In this document: positions 35,501-42,885 of the stretch, in pieces
Numbering within the stretch: the first letter of the stretch is position 1
Layout: every line of letters begins with the position of its first letter
From: an uncultured Verrucomicrobiota bacterium
GTDB taxonomy: Bacteria; Verrucomicrobiota; Verrucomicrobiia; Verrucomicrobiales; V1-33
DNA length: 64,000 nt
Direction of reading: 5' to 3'
Assembly: GCA_942492905.1 (NCBI GenBank)
Contig: OW818657.1
Location: 3,456,022-3,520,021 of the forward strand
The notes under the pieces: model-generated
Told to the model about the DNA's origin: nothing
Database searches by the model: none
The model's input: only the letters and a program-made list of their open reading frames with translations
Made by a program: the position numbers and the translations under genes

Positions 35501-37682
35501 CCGTCAGGCGGATGGCCCGGTTGGGATGCGCTAGGGCAGCGGTGAGCTGGGCGGGATCGGCTTTGGTGAGATCGGGGATTTCCAGCTTCTTCGCCTGCTT
35601 GTGCTGGATGCGCCAGATGCGGCCGAAATAGTGGTCGCGGTCCGGGCGGACAGCGGCGTTGACCTTGTTATGGTCAGGACCGCGGGTGTCGTTGTGGATG
35701 ACCGCCTGATTGTAGAAATCGCCGACATACATCGCCCCATCGGGACCGGTGCGCACTTCGATCGGACGCCACCATTTGTCGGTGCTGCGGATGAATTCCG
35801 TTTCCTCCCGGCCGGGAAGCTTGTGCGCTTCGTAGCTGGTGGTCTTCGGAGTCAGGCGCTGATGGTGGATCAGGTTGATGGTGGGTTCGGTGGTGAAGTA
35901 GTCGCCGTTGTATTCGGCAGGCCAGGCCCCGCCATCATAAATCACGGCACCGGCTCCGGCAGTGAAGTCCCCCACGCGGTCGATCTGCACGTAGGCGAGA
36001 TCCTCATACTTGATGGATGAGTAGCTCTTCTGACTGGCGATGATGGTGTTGAAGCTCGGGGTGTTGCCGACCTTGCCGCGGGCGAGGGCATACTCGGGCA
36101 GGATGACCTGATTGAGCAGGGTCCCGTTGGTGGGCTGCGTCCACATCACACGGTTGTCGCCGGTGATGGTGAGGCCCCAGGTGTTGCCGCCTTTGGAGGA
36201 GTATTGCTCGATTTTGGAACCGTCCGGTTTGAAGCGCACCACGCCGCTGCCAATGTTCCCGAAGTGCTGGCTGCCGTCGCCGCTGGTGACGTCCGGGGAG
36301 GCACTGTAACCGTGGGTGGCGTAGATCCAGCCGTCCCAGCCCATGCGAGGATTGTTGATCACCGCGTGGGTGTCGCCGGTGCCGAGATTGGTGTAGAGTT
36401 TTTCGACCTTGTCGGCCTTGCCGTCGGCATCGGTGTCGCGCAGCCAGAGAATGTCAGGCGCTTGGGTGACGATCACGCCGTCCTTGTAGAACACGAGCCC
36501 GGTCACGAGATCCAGACCTTGGTGGAACACGTCCTTTTTGTCCATCACGCCATCGGCGTTGGTATCAGTCAGGATGCTGATTTTGTCCATGCCGGGACGG
36601 TCCTGGATGCCGGGTTGGGGTTCCAGTCCGCCGTGGTCCTTCCATTCCTTGCCACGATAGTCCGGGCGCATGCCGCGACGGCCATTGGGATATTCCGGAG
36701 TTTCCGCCACCCAGAGACGGCCGCTGGCGTCCCAGTCAAAATTCATTGGCTTTGTAATCAGCGGCTCGGCCGTGACCAGGGTCATGTCGAAGTCAGGATG
36801 GACTTCCAGATTCTTCAGGGTGGCTTCCGGCTTTTGCGGTCCACCTTCCGGATAGGTCAGGGAGGACAACTCCTCCGGCGAACAGAATTCATCAACGCTG
36901 GTCCGCTTGCCGGCCCACGCCAGGCCCCGCAGCAGAATGGCGCGGTAGTGGGGTTTCTGGAAGGTGGTGTAGAGATGGCCCGGAATGCTGACAAATGCGC
37001 GGTAGGGCTGGGTGCCGCCTTCCATGGTCCGCTCATAAGTCCACATCTGCGGCTGGATGTCGTAGATATGCGCTTTGCCGCCTTCCGCCGGTTTCTTGCC
37101 GTCACGGACGTTGGGGGTGTAGGCGGTGGCGAGGACGCGCACGTCGGGAGAGACGTCCATGTCGTAATAAATCTCGTCGTCGATGTGGAAGTTGGAGGCG
37201 TTTCGCGTGATGGGGTGACCCCCGTCGATCCGTTGGTTTTCCACGTAGTAGAGGTCCATCGGACCTTCCTTCCACTTGGTGGTTTTGCTGCGCCAGCATC
37301 CGCCTGTGACTGCCTTCCAGTGATTCTCCTCACGGCTGACCGCAGCAGTATGCACCACCACGAGGCCTCCGCCGCGCTTCAGGTATTCGTCAAAAGCGGC
37401 CCACCGCGAAGGAGGCACCGTGCCTCCGTCCTGGGCATACATCAGGAGCACATCGGTCTGCTTCAACTTGTCGTCGCTGGGCAGATCCATCCCACCATCC
37501 ACCTGCAGACCGCGGGAAGCGAGGAGCGGTTGCCAGTCCTTGAGGAACTGGGCGTGTTCGTGAGCACCCGGGGCGTGGGTTTTGACGCCGCCGCGGATAA
37601 AGACCCGCAGAGGGGCATCAGCAGCAAAGGCGGACAGTCCGGTCAGGACCAGCAGGCCGAGGGAGAGGAACTTGGATTTCAT
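32562..37682 (-). CDS. 1706-aa PVC-type heme-binding protein flanked by two ThuA-like domains (ThuA + dehydrogenase-like propeller + HEAT + cytochrome c + beta-sandwich + ThuA)
   Basis: Signal peptide MKSKFLSLGLLVLTGLSAFA. N-terminal ThuA (LRVFIRGG..GGLVVVHTA..GGHPI..DDEIYY). Propeller (DADGKADK..GWDGWIYATHG). Heme motif CATCHKFGDSGAEIGPGLTG. C-terminal ThuA (RVLLAGGGSSHDF..IVLLHAG..HPIMKGVP..IDELYY). Confidence 0.85.
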   Translation of the reverse strand: MKSKFLSLGLLVLTGLSAFAADAPLRVFIRGGVKTHAPGAHEHAQFLKDWQPLLASRGLQVDGGMDLPSDDKLKQTDVLLMYAQDGGTVPPSRWAAFDEYLKRGGGLVVVHTAAVSREENHWKAVTGGCWRSKTTKWKEGPMDLYYVENQRIDGGHPITRNASNFHIDDEIYYDMDVSPDVRVLATAYTPNVRDGKKPAEGGKAHIYDIQPQMWTYERTMEGGTQPYRAFVSIPGHLYTTFQKPHYRAILLRGLAWAGKRTSVDEFCSPEELSSLTYPEGGPQKPEATLKNLEVHPDFDMTLVTAEPLITKPMNFDWDASGRLWVAETPEYPNGRRGMRPDYRGKEWKDHGGLEPQPGIQDRPGMDKISILTDTNADGVMDKKDVFHQGLDLVTGLVFYKDGVIVTQAPDILWLRDTDADGKADKVEKLYTNLGTGDTHAVINNPRMGWDGWIYATHGYSASPDVTSGDGSQHFGNIGSGVVRFKPDGSKIEQYSSKGGNTWGLTITGDNRVMWTQPTNGTLLNQVILPEYALARGKVGNTPSFNTIIASQKSYSSIKYEDLAYVQIDRVGDFTAGAGAVIYDGGAWPAEYNGDYFTTEPTINLIHHQRLTPKTTSYEAHKLPGREETEFIRSTDKWWRPIEVRTGPDGAMYVGDFYNQAVIHNDTRGPDHNKVNAAVRPDRDHYFGRIWRIQHKQAKKLEIPDLTKADPAQLTAALAHPNRAIRLTASRLLIEKGAPAAPIANLLQKGSAEAKIAALWTLSGLKSVSPELLTAALADPDLTVRRNAAGVAEVSTASVQSEKQTAGLIGDPDATVRVTALRALGSMEISDAAARQIIAAWPKLDDDFQRSAAVGAASRNPAGSIAAALDSADSTALIPLVAQLVDTIARDNNTAAAAKLVTLIASKPESTDPLKRSILDTLGKSLKEAPAMTPELSAALGQLLASGVSGSVLPVAAKWDRDGSLKAEISKITTGITATLTNTSASEDARVAAARSLLGLRSANPESLATVTKLLGTDTPAGLQRGIVSALGELNEPSLGAVVCAAYNKLPADIQPVAFETLLKRADWTLALLDAITAKQVDPASFGPANAFRLRTYPDKVVAKRANDMLDQLNPMAKAKEEIIAKLAPLVEKPGDAVRGKLMFQATCATCHKFGDSGAEIGPGLTGMGSHGPAELLTAIVDPNREVEPSFLTWNIETKDGQFYAGIIVRENPSSITLKSLAGQQEVKVADIKSRVNTGRSLMPEGFDGLGEEMLRDILTYMVSVDGGKFRTLDLRKAYTANTAQGLYLSPENKEDSIILKKTGTVNVEGIPFNILAPEKSATGNVVVLKGGGGYARTMPQRVEVAVGGFKANRLHFLGGIAGWGAKDPGKGEPALKVIVNFADGQKEELLTYDGVEFADYIGRFEVPGSRYVPDLLKNGAQLRWYTKLLSRTGAINSVVLESFANSVAPTTLAITAELAEPGAPAPGVLTQPAAAPAPAPKTAAAEAPQAWGEGTRVLLAGGGSSHDFQKYFKEADTAILKGAGYAVQYTENFQEAAAKLAEADVLVFSTNQGTFGNIAFRAALEQFAAKGKGIVLLHAGLWYNFKDWPEFNKIYAGGGSRGHDNLSKPFEVKVTKPEHPIMKGVPASFTLIDELYYMIPDASGSPIEVLGEAISAQSGKVFPNIFTVRHEKARIAGIALGHDARAHDLPAFQTLLKNAVAWAAGK

Positions 37683-37875
37683 AGGAATAAACGGAAGAAA
37701 AATCGCCGGGAGGGAATGCCGGAATCATATCGATACGCACGCCGGGCATGGAAATACCCGCTGTGGGGGGTGCTTTTATCCCTCAAACTTGGTGACTTGG
37801 CAACGCTACGGGCAGCTTAACCGAAAATTATATCGGCCACTGCGCGGGATCGTAGCTTTTCCGGGGCATACTGGG

Positions 37876-38784
37876 TCAAACCGGATGCGTATTCAGCGCC
37901 AGCAGTGCGGCGGCAGCGGCTTGCACCCGGGAGCGGTCCACGGGGTTCAAACCACTCAGGAGCGGCAGGATCGTGCCCATGTCGGCGATGCCGCTCAGCG
38001 TCACGGCCTCGTGCAGCACTCGCACTGGATTGATCTCATTCCGCAGGTCCTCCAGCGGTTCGAATTGCTTGCGCACGGCATTCGCCCCCGCCCCATCCCC
38101 GTTTTTGGCGAAATGCAGGACTTTCTGCGAGAGCACGGGAGCCACACAGCCGCACCCGGTGGTGAATCCGCCCAGTTTGAACTGGTCCAAATGCACCAGG
38201 GCCGGCTGCTCGCCGATCCCGCTGACAATCAAATTGGGGTCCACCCGGTCCACCAATTCGCTCAACACCGCATCCTTGGAGGGATCATCGCGGACGATGG
38301 CGTATTTGATCCAGGACACGAGGCCATCCTTCACCAGTTCTGCCACCAGCGCCGGCGTGATATAACCTTCGTTCTTCATGTAAACTACGATCGGCCGGCC
38401 GAATTTTTCCGCAAAATGCCGCAGCCCGGTCGCCACCCCATCGGGGGTATTCAATCCCACATGGGGCAGCACCATCGCGGTGCGGAATGGCTGGGTGCGC
38501 AGGATGGCGGCCTGATCCATCATCATGCCATACGCCGGACCCGCCGAGGGCACGATCTCGGTCTCCGGTCCCGCGGCATCGGCCAGCATCGTCAGGGTTG
38601 AGGCAAACTCCGATGGCCGGATATGATAGAAATTGGCATTGCCTCCATACAGCAGGATGCGCACGCCCCCGCTCTCCATGTGGCGGATCAGACGGGTGTT
38701 CTGCACCGCGCAGACCGTGCCATCGGCTGAGCGGGCGAGCGGAGGAACCGCGATGACGGAAGTTTGATAGGTAGCAGTGGTCAT
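37876..38784 (-). CDS. dihydrodipicolinate synthase / N-acetylneuraminate lyase family protein (probable 2-keto-3-deoxy-sugar-acid dehydratase or aldolase)
   Basis: 302 aa with a DHDPS-family TIM-barrel pattern (VIAVPPLARSADG..ILLYGGNANFYHI..PIVVYMKNEG). It sits immediately downstream of an IlvD/Edd dehydratase. Confidence 0.65.
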   Translation of the reverse strand: MTTATYQTSVIAVPPLARSADGTVCAVQNTRLIRHMESGGVRILLYGGNANFYHIRPSEFASTLTMLADAAGPETEIVPSAGPAYGMMMDQAAILRTQPFRTAMVLPHVGLNTPDGVATGLRHFAEKFGRPIVVYMKNEGYITPALVAELVKDGLVSWIKYAIVRDDPSKDAVLSELVDRVDPNLIVSGIGEQPALVHLDQFKLGGFTTGCGCVAPVLSQKVLHFAKNGDGAGANAVRKQFEPLEDLRNEINPVRVLHEAVTLSGIADMGTILPLLSGLNPVDRSRVQAAAAALLALNTHPV

Positions 38785-38819
38785 GGAGGAAGGGGGGCAA
38801 GGGTTGACGCCAGGAGGGC

Positions 38820-40562
38820 TTAAAAGATATCAGGTTCGGGCGTTTCCCCGGCGCTGGCAAGGAATTTGAAATCGCACCCTTCATCCGCCTGGGTGATCTC
38901 ATCCAACAGCAGGCGGCCATAGCCGCGATGATACCGCGGGGGCGGCGCGGTCCACGCGGCCCGGCGGGTGGCGAGTTCCGCCTCCTCCACCAACAGCTCG
39001 AGGCGGCGCCCGGCCACATCCAGCGAAATCAGGTCCCCGGTTTTCACCAGCGCCAGCGGCCCGCCCACCGCCGACTCCGGGGCGACGTGCAGCACGCAGG
39101 TGCCATAACTGGTGCCGCTCATGCGGGCATCGGAAATCCTGACCATATCCCGGATGCCCTGCTTGAGCAGCTTTTTGGGAATCGGCAGCATCCCCCACTC
39201 CGGCATCCCAGGTCCACCCAGTGGCCCGGCATTGCGCAACACCAGCACGGTGTCCGGAGTGACGTCGAGGTCCTCGCGGTCGATGTTCTGTTTCAGTTCC
39301 GCATAGGTGTCAAAGACCAGGGCTGGACCGGTGTGGCGTTGCAGGCGGGGATCGGCGGCGGCGGGTTTGATCACGGCACCGTTCGGACAAAGATTGCCCC
39401 GCAACACAAAAGTCCCGCCCTGCCCCGCCAACGGCTGGTCCAGCGGCCGGATCACCTTTTCCTCAAAGACTTCAGCCCCCGCAATGTTTTCGCCAAGGGA
39501 CTTCCCGGTGACGGTGAGGCATTCCGTAAACAGCAAACCCCGGATGCGCTCCAGGAGGGCACTCAGCCCGCCGGCGTCGTGGAAATCCTCCATCAGATAT
39601 TCCCCACTGGGCCGCAGATTGGCCACCAGAGGAGTTGTCAGGGAAAGCCGGTCAAAGTCCTCCAGGGTGATCTCCGCCCCGGCCCGCCGCGCCATCGCCA
39701 GCACATGCACGATGGCATTGGTCGATCCGCCCAGAGCCATGTCCGCGATGATGGCATTCTCAAAACTTTGCTTCGTCAGGATATCCTTCGGGCGCAGATC
39801 CTCCCAGACCATCTCCACGATGCGCCGTCCGCAGCGCGTGGCCATCCGGGCATGTTCCGCATGGGCGGCAGGGATGGAGGAGGCGTTGGGCAAACTCATG
39901 CCCAGCGCTTCCGCGATGCTCATCATGGTGGCCGCAGTGCCCATGGTCATGCAGGTGCCCGGACCCCGCGCGATCCCATCTTCCAGCTCTGCCCAGGCAT
40001 CGCAGCTCAGATTGCCGGCGCGGCGCTCGTCCCAGTATTTCCAGACATCCGAACCGCTTCCCAGGGTGGTGCCGCGCCAGTTGCCTTTGGTCATGGCTCC
40101 GGCCGGCAGGTAGATGGAAGGCAGATTCATCGTGATCGCCCCCATCAGCAGCGCCGGGGTGGTCTTGTCACAGCCGCCCATCAGCACCGCACCGTCCAGC
40201 GGATAACATCTCAGGGTTTCCTCCACCTCCATCGCCACCAGATTGCGGTAAAACATCGAGGTCGGTTTCATGAACATCTCGCTCAGGCTCATGATCGGCA
40301 GCTCCACCGGAAACCCGCCTGCCTGCCAGACCCCGCGCTTTACCTCCTGGGCCCGGTCGCGGAAGTGGGTATGGCAGGTGTTCAGATCCGACCAGGTATT
40401 CAGAATCCCGATCACCGGTTTCCCGGCAAAATCCTCCGTGGCATAGCCCATCTGCTTGGCCCGCGACCGGTGCCCGAAGGACCGCAGATCATCCGGCCCG
40501 AACCAACGGTGCGAACGCAGCTGCTCCGGAGTGCGGCGGGGACGGGGTAATGAGTTAGGCAT
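38820..40562 (-). CDS. IlvD/Edd-family dehydratase (sugar-acid dehydratase type, e.g. arabinonate/xylonate-like)
   Basis: LRSHRWFGPDDLRSFGHRSR N-terminus, CDKTTPALLMGA Fe-S cluster motif, GPGMPEWG, ARMSGTSYG. Start placed at MPNSL (40562) inside ORF 38820..40682. Confidence 0.9.
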   Translation of the reverse strand: MPNSLPRPRRTPEQLRSHRWFGPDDLRSFGHRSRAKQMGYATEDFAGKPVIGILNTWSDLNTCHTHFRDRAQEVKRGVWQAGGFPVELPIMSLSEMFMKPTSMFYRNLVAMEVEETLRCYPLDGAVLMGGCDKTTPALLMGAITMNLPSIYLPAGAMTKGNWRGTTLGSGSDVWKYWDERRAGNLSCDAWAELEDGIARGPGTCMTMGTAATMMSIAEALGMSLPNASSIPAAHAEHARMATRCGRRIVEMVWEDLRPKDILTKQSFENAIIADMALGGSTNAIVHVLAMARRAGAEITLEDFDRLSLTTPLVANLRPSGEYLMEDFHDAGGLSALLERIRGLLFTECLTVTGKSLGENIAGAEVFEEKVIRPLDQPLAGQGGTFVLRGNLCPNGAVIKPAAADPRLQRHTGPALVFDTYAELKQNIDREDLDVTPDTVLVLRNAGPLGGPGMPEWGMLPIPKKLLKQGIRDMVRISDARMSGTSYGTCVLHVAPESAVGGPLALVKTGDLISLDVAGRRLELLVEEAELATRRAAWTAPPPRYHRGYGRLLLDEITQADEGCDFKFLASAGETPEPDIF

Positions 40563-40697
40563 GAAATCATTAAAACAGGCTCCTCCGTCCAGGGCAAGGC
40601 CTTTGCCGGCGGCGGCTGGCTCTTCCCTTCCGCCAGGAAAAGCGTGACTTTGCTGCCGGATCCTGTTTGATTCAGGCTTCACTCCCCTCCCCCACTT

Positions 40698-41720
40698 ATG
40701 ATCCGGCTCCGCTACCTCTTGTTAATGCTATGCCTGGAGAGCGCCTCCGGGGCCGCGGATACGACGCTGGAGGGCAGTCCCTTTCCAGCCCGGGATACCC
40801 TGGTGGCGGATCTGGAACCGAAACCGGACGCCGCAGCTTGTCTGGCCGGACTGCGGTGGACGGCAGCGGACTTCAGCGTCACTGCCACCACAGCCCCCAA
40901 GGACTCGGACTGGCTATTGCGCTTTCCGTCCCCCTTTCCCTCGGGCGACGCCGCCAACGATGCGGTGGCCTTGGAATGGTATGTCCATCGCGATGCCCAG
41001 GGCGTGCCTATGAAGGCTCCGGCGGTGGTGGTGATTCATGAATCAGGACGCGGCATGGTGGCCGGGCGGGCATTTGCCCGCGGTCTGCGCTTCACGGGCT
41101 GCCACACATTTCTGATGCACTTGCCCGGCTACGGAGCCCGCACTTCTCCACTAACCGGCGATTTGAAAAAGGTCTTTCCCTCACTGAGGCAAGGCATCGC
41201 CGATGCCCGCCGGGCGCGGGATGCGGTGGCAGCCCTGCCCCTGGTGGATCGCTCCAACATTGGAATCTGCGGGATCAGTCTGGGGGGCTTTGTGACCTCC
41301 ACGGTGGTTGGACTGGATCGCGGCTACGACCGGGGATTCATCCTGTTGGCAGGCGGGCATCTCGCCGATGTGGTTTTCAAAGGGGAAAAAGACGCCGCTG
41401 CCCTGCGCCATCAATTACAGGCGGCCGGTATCACCGATGAAGCGGTGAGAGCCGCGATCTGGACCATCGAACCCCTCCGGTTGGCCCACCGTGCGGACCC
41501 GGACAAGGTCTGGCTTTTCAGTGCCAGCCAAGATGAAGTCGTTCCTCCGGCCTGCTCCGCAGCTTTTGTGAAAACCGCCCGGCTGCCGGAAGGCCACCAT
41601 GCGGAATACGCCGCCGGCCATTACACGGCGGCATTGTTTGTGCCTCACATGATCCGCCGGATCTCGGAGGTGATGCTGCCGGTTCCAGCCGGACTCGTCC
41701 CGTCACCACCGGACCGCTGA
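40698..41720 (+). CDS. secreted alpha/beta hydrolase (S9/dienelactone-hydrolase-like)
   Basis: Signal peptide MIRLRYLLLMLCLESASGAA. Nucleophile elbow GICGISLGGF. PAVVVIHESG oxyanion-type strand. Confidence 0.7.
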   Translation: MIRLRYLLLMLCLESASGAADTTLEGSPFPARDTLVADLEPKPDAAACLAGLRWTAADFSVTATTAPKDSDWLLRFPSPFPSGDAANDAVALEWYVHRDAQGVPMKAPAVVVIHESGRGMVAGRAFARGLRFTGCHTFLMHLPGYGARTSPLTGDLKKVFPSLRQGIADARRARDAVAALPLVDRSNIGICGISLGGFVTSTVVGLDRGYDRGFILLAGGHLADVVFKGEKDAAALRHQLQAAGITDEAVRAAIWTIEPLRLAHRADPDKVWLFSASQDEVVPPACSAAFVKTARLPEGHHAEYAAGHYTAALFVPHMIRRISEVMLPVPAGLVPSPPDR

Positions 41721-41770
41721 GAATAATCCGGATCCAGCAACGTTATCGTCACCACTCCCTCACTTTTCCC

Positions 41771-42727
41771 ATGAACCCTCCTGCTTCCTCCCCCGTCCTC
41801 TCCCGTCGCTCGTTTTTGCATCAATCAGCCGTGTTTGGTGCGATCAGCCTCACCGGGAACCTGACAGCCGGAGCCCAGCCTTCCCCCGCTGCCGGGAAAC
41901 CGGCCCTGCCGGACTTTTGTCTCTTCACCAAACATCTCATCGGCATGGAGCCCCCCGCCTTGGCGGAACACGTGGCCGCTCTGGGGTTTGCCGGAGTGGA
42001 AGCCCCCATCCGGCCCGGTGGCCACGTTTTGCCGGAGCGGGCAGCGGAGGACCTGCCCGGCTTTGTCGAGGCACTCCAGAAAGCAAACCTGAAACTCACC
42101 ATCCTGACTTCCGGGATCAACGCCGTCTCCGCAGACCAGCATACCGAAACCGTGCTGCGGACTGCGGCGAAGCTGGGCGTGAAATACTTCCGGATGAATT
42201 GGTACCAGTATGACCTCAAAAAGCCCCTGCCGCCGCAGTTGGACGAAATCCGCGCCAAGGTCAAAGATCTCCTCGCCCTGAGCCGCGAACTCGGGATCCG
42301 GCCGCTTTCCCAAAACCACAACGGGCCGCACTACGTCGGAGCCGCCATCTGGGACTTGGAGTCCGTGATGCGGGACTATCTCACGGAAGACTGGGGATTT
42401 GCCTACGATATCATGCATGCCACCGTGGTCGGCGGCACTTCTTGGCCCATCCAATATCACCTCGCCCGTCCCCGGATTGGAGCCGCTTATTTCAAGGATT
42501 TCAAATGGGCCAGCCGGCTCAAACCCGGCACCTGCCCCCTCGGTGAGGGCATGGCCGCCGGTCCTGAATTCGCCAAACTGCTCCGGGACAGCGGCTTCGC
42601 CGGCCCGGTGAGCCTGCATATTGAATACCTCAAAGCGCAAAAAATCACCAACGCGGCCGAAGTCCGGCTCGCCCATGAGGCCGGCGCCCACGATTTGGCC
42701 AAACTGAAGGAATGGTGGGCCGCGTGA
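41771..42727 (+). CDS. TAT-signal sugar phosphate isomerase/epimerase (xylose-isomerase-like TIM barrel)
   Basis: Twin-arginine signal SRRSFLHQSAVFGAISL. AP-endonuclease-2/xylose-isomerase-like barrel pattern (GFAGVEAPIR..KYFRMNWY..SLHIEY). Confidence 0.75.
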   Translation: MNPPASSPVLSRRSFLHQSAVFGAISLTGNLTAGAQPSPAAGKPALPDFCLFTKHLIGMEPPALAEHVAALGFAGVEAPIRPGGHVLPERAAEDLPGFVEALQKANLKLTILTSGINAVSADQHTETVLRTAAKLGVKYFRMNWYQYDLKKPLPPQLDEIRAKVKDLLALSRELGIRPLSQNHNGPHYVGAAIWDLESVMRDYLTEDWGFAYDIMHATVVGGTSWPIQYHLARPRIGAAYFKDFKWASRLKPGTCPLGEGMAAGPEFAKLLRDSGFAGPVSLHIEYLKAQKITNAAEVRLAHEAGAHDLAKLKEWWAA

Positions 42728-42850
42728 TCGCTTCCGGGAGGATGACCTTTCCCACCCGACTCTGGAAACTATCATTCACCCCTTTGAGATGGCAGTTTTA
42801 TGCAGCAAATCCCGCCGCGTCTCGAAAATGACCTAAATTATTAAGTTTTG

Positions 42851-42879
42851 TTGATATTTCAGAAATTGCAGCTCATACT
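42851..42879 (+). promoter_or_regulatory. possible sigma-70-type promoter TTGATA-N17-CATACT ending 6 nt before the GTG start at 42886
   Basis: Read directly in the AT-rich stretch 42830..42885. The spacing would imply a leaderless or near-leaderless transcript. Confidence 0.3.
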
Positions 42880-42885
42880 GGCCGC

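Noticed and set aside
32622-35534. 970-aa ORF antisense to the ThuA-heme gene. Similar antisense ORFs: 1223..2404, 4065..5198, 5210..6352, 7523..8833, 8605..10014, 20526..21947, 22074..23120, 26688..27878, 36204..37820, 38928..40550, 48616..50487, 60763..61740
   Set aside because: Same reasoning: each overlaps a gene with clear family motifs on the other strand. Their translations are Arg/Gly/His/Pro-rich without domain signatures.
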